Source: a virus | Direction: 5' to 3' (one strand) | Length of the DNA: 38,758 nucleotides | IMG/VR virus record: IMGVR_UViG_3300040789_000013 | Shown here: piece by piece, positions 37,108-38,758 of the stretch | Layout: each line of letters starts with the position of its first letter | Numbering within the stretch: position 1 is the stretch's first letter | Notes under the pieces: model-generated | Databases searched by the model: none | Told to the model about the DNA's origin: nothing | What the model saw: the letters and a program-made list of their open reading frames with translations, nothing else | Translations under genes and position numbers: made by a program

Positions 37108-37554
37108 ATGTCTGAACACATCAACACTGAGGGTCCTACTAGCGGAGCATCTGCTCCAGCTGGCGGATCTGATCCGGCTAAGGAGGCCGCGATCGCTGCT
37201 CAGGGCGAAGTAAAAGACGGGGAGGCGAAAGGTACTCCAGCTGGCAATCGCGAGCCGGAAAATCGCCGACCAGGTGCCGAGGAGACTCGCACGACTAGCG
37301 GTGAGGAGGAGACTCCAGCTGCTACTGCTGCCGAAACAGGAGGCGATGATGACGAGGAGACTCGCGAGCCTACTGATGAGGAGCAGAAAGAGATCGACGA
37401 CATGGTCGATTACACTGTGACTGAGGAGACCGAGGACCAGTTTCCGGATCTCCCGGACGGTACACCAGTTAAGGCCGGTGATACTGTTAAACTACCGAAA
37501 GACCATCCGCTCGTGACGGGTGGCACTGAGACTCAAGACGAGACTGCTCAGTAG
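37108..37554 (+). CDS. acidic, low-complexity (likely disordered) protein
   Basis: 148 aa, rich in E/T/G/A/P. It is more GC-rich than its surroundings. Confidence 0.5.
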   Translation: MSEHINTEGPTSGASAPAGGSDPAKEAAIAAQGEVKDGEAKGTPAGNREPENRRPGAEETRTTSGEEETPAATAAETGGDDDEETREPTDEEQKEIDDMVDYTVTEETEDQFPDLPDGTPVKAGDTVKLPKDHPLVTGGTETQDETAQ

Positions 37555-37617
37555 TTCTTTTTACAGGTCGCAATACCTCCGAGGGGAGCCGAGTGTGTCG
37601 GCTCTCCTACCGAGACT

Positions 37618-38145
37618 ATGGCGTTAACAAAAGCAAAAATCGTCGCGGCGATCGCGGAGTACATAATTAAAAATGGTCCCGTGACTCATACGGAGCTCGA
37701 GGCCAGGGCTCAGACGTTTACCTGGTATACCCTGGCGCGTTTCGATATTGTGATGGAGACAATCCACCGACATCCACAGATATCGACATCAGTCCGGGAC
37801 GATGACGTGTACTATAAAAAAAAGGTCTCTCGGCCGCGTAAGGCTCCGTCCACGTCTCACCTCGACTGGATTAATAAGCCTGGCAATTATCCGCGCATGG
37901 ATGAGATGGCCGGGATCCATGCGGTTTTTGAGGAGTACGATAAATCATGCAGCTGCTCGATGTGGTGCTCGAGGGAGCAGCTGATTGATCTTAAGAAAGA
38001 GAAAAAGCATTACCATATGTGTAACCTGGATCCGGTCCGGGCTGAGCGCATCAGTAACCTATATAATACATACTATGGCCGAGAGTCAGATCCAGACAAA
38101 GATAATCAAAAAACTCCAGAGCAAGGGAGTCTACTGCTGGCGTAA
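37618..38145 (+). CDS. hypothetical protein
   Basis: 175-aa ORF. Its C-terminal 23 aa or so overlap the VRR-NUC gene start. Confidence 0.5.
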   Translation: MALTKAKIVAAIAEYIIKNGPVTHTELEARAQTFTWYTLARFDIVMETIHRHPQISTSVRDDDVYYKKKVSRPRKAPSTSHLDWINKPGNYPRMDEMAGIHAVFEEYDKSCSCSMWCSREQLIDLKKEKKHYHMCNLDPVRAERISNLYNTYYGRESDPDKDNQKTPEQGSLLLA

Positions 38146-38401
38146 TAACAACGGCGGCACGTGGGATCCTAAAATGTACGGCGGTACTGGAGGGTATCGA
38201 GCGAGCTCTCAAAGTAAAAAGGGTATCGCTGATATTCTGGCAATCCTCCCGGGCGGGATCCATCTCGAGATCGAGGTCAAGAGTAAAGTCGGTAAGCAAT
38301 CTCCGGACCAGGCGATCCATCAAAAGCGAGTCGAGGCTCTCGGAGGAGTTTACATACTAGCGAGATCCGTTAAAGATATTGATCATTTATGCGATGCTTG
38401 A
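38075..38401 (+). CDS. VRR-NUC domain nuclease (PD-(D/E)XK, Holliday-junction-resolvase-like)
   Basis: MAESQIQTKIIKKLQSKGVYCWRNN...KKGIADILAILPGGIHLEIEVKSKVGKQSPDQAIHQKRVEALGGVYILARSVKDI shows the D...E.K core and the Q...... pattern typical of VRR-NUC. The start is taken at ATG 38075. Confidence 0.7.
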   Translation: MAESQIQTKIIKKLQSKGVYCWRNNNGGTWDPKMYGGTGGYRASSQSKKGIADILAILPGGIHLEIEVKSKVGKQSPDQAIHQKRVEALGGVYILARSVKDIDHLCDA

Positions 38402-38544
38402 TCTGTAAAAAGCCTGGAGGATATGTAAAGGGAGTCCGGATAACGGTCATCGCTTGCGGTGAGCACGCTAAGCTATGTCATCGACTCGAGGCTAATTATA
38501 AAGATCGTCACTATGGGGATAAGGATAGACAGCGTATACGATAA
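38398..38544 (+). CDS. possible small Cys-rich ORF (48 aa, TTG start overlapping the upstream stop)
   Basis: My own translation gives (M)ICKKPGGYVKGVRITVIACGEHAKLCHRLEANYKDRHYGDKDRQRIR. It fills an otherwise GC-normal gap. The non-ATG start keeps confidence low. Confidence 0.25.
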   Translation: MICKKPGGYVKGVRITVIACGEHAKLCHRLEANYKDRHYGDKDRQRIR

Positions 38545-38558
38545 TATGATATCATATT
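38543..38558. promoter_or_regulatory. perfect 16-bp palindrome AATATGATATCATATT containing extended -10-like TGATATCAT
   Basis: It is self-complementary over 16 bp and lies 30 nt upstream of ATG 38588, the first gene of the recombination module. Confidence 0.45.
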
Positions 38559-38587
38559 AAGTATAAGAGATAACAAATAATTTATAT

Positions 38588-38758
38588 ATGGAAAAGCATA
38601 AAGAAATTGTCGAGGTCGAGGATCAAGTCGGTAAGATGAGCGAGGCTATCGCTGATCTCCCGGAGGTGATCACTAATCAAGATGAGTACGATGCAACGTA
38701 TGAGATCGGTAAAAAGGTCGGTACACTTTTAAAGAATATCGACAAACAAGAAAAGGCG
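38588..38758 (+). CDS. 5' part of the junction-spanning Gp157-like gene (continues at base 22 of the window)
   Basis: The frame from the ATG at 38588 stays open to the window end (57 codons), in frame with 1..423 through the 21-nt overlap. Confidence 0.55.
   Translation, partial: MEKHKEIVEVEDQVGKMSEAIADLPEVITNQDEYDATYEIGKKVGTLLKNIDKQEKA
38738..38758. repeat. terminal overlap, identical to 1..21
   Basis: Exact 21-nt identity. Confidence 0.9.

Noticed and set aside
1-38758. Lysogeny module (integrase, excisionase, CI/Cro-type switch)
   Set aside because: I saw no tyrosine or serine recombinase signatures in any ORF. Only small HTH/RHH-like proteins are present, which is insufficient to call a temperate lifestyle.

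Overview
The window is a complete, circularly closed genome of about 38.7 kb from a tailed dsDNA phage. Bases 1-21 are identical to 38738-38758, and one gene reads in frame across that junction. Almost all genes are on the + strand; the exception is a six-gene block at 2828-5955. Gene order: (1) recombination and replication genes: Gp157-like, PD-(D/E)XK nuclease and SSB-like on the + strand; AP2-domain endonuclease-like, PIF1-type helicase, CHC2 zinc-finger protein and HTH on the - strand; then a VirE-type primase/helicase. (2) An iteron-packed putative origin at 7423-7787. (3) A moron-like accessory island at about 7880-11400, holding a zinc-ribbon ORF, an RHH-like protein, a GT2-like glycosyltransferase, an IF-1 homologue nested out of frame inside the glycosyltransferase tail, an SPFH/prohibitin protein and unknowns. 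(4) A structured non-coding element of about 240 nt. (5) terS and terL, a portal-MuF fusion, an HK97-type prohead protease, the major capsid protein, two fibre-like proteins carrying a 14-aa acidic tandem repeat, head-tail joining genes, the major tail protein, a chaperone with a canonical -1 frameshift, the tape measure, distal tail genes, a glycine-rich fibre and a lysis cassette. (6) Early genes including an HNH endonuclease and a VRR-NUC nuclease. I saw no tRNA, rRNA, CRISPR array, integrase, reverse transcriptase or DNA polymerase. The three most unusual observations all concern translation. First, the phage encodes an IF-1 (infA-like) gene overprinted on another ORF. Second, extended -10-like boxes sit only 6-8 nt upstream of the ATG of at least 13 genes, and Shine-Dalgarno sequences are almost absent. 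Third, a 13-nt perfect complement to the 16S rRNA 3' tail lies in an untranslated position. All functional calls come from motif recognition by eye. No database search was run, so family names are hypotheses to confirm with HMM or structure searches.
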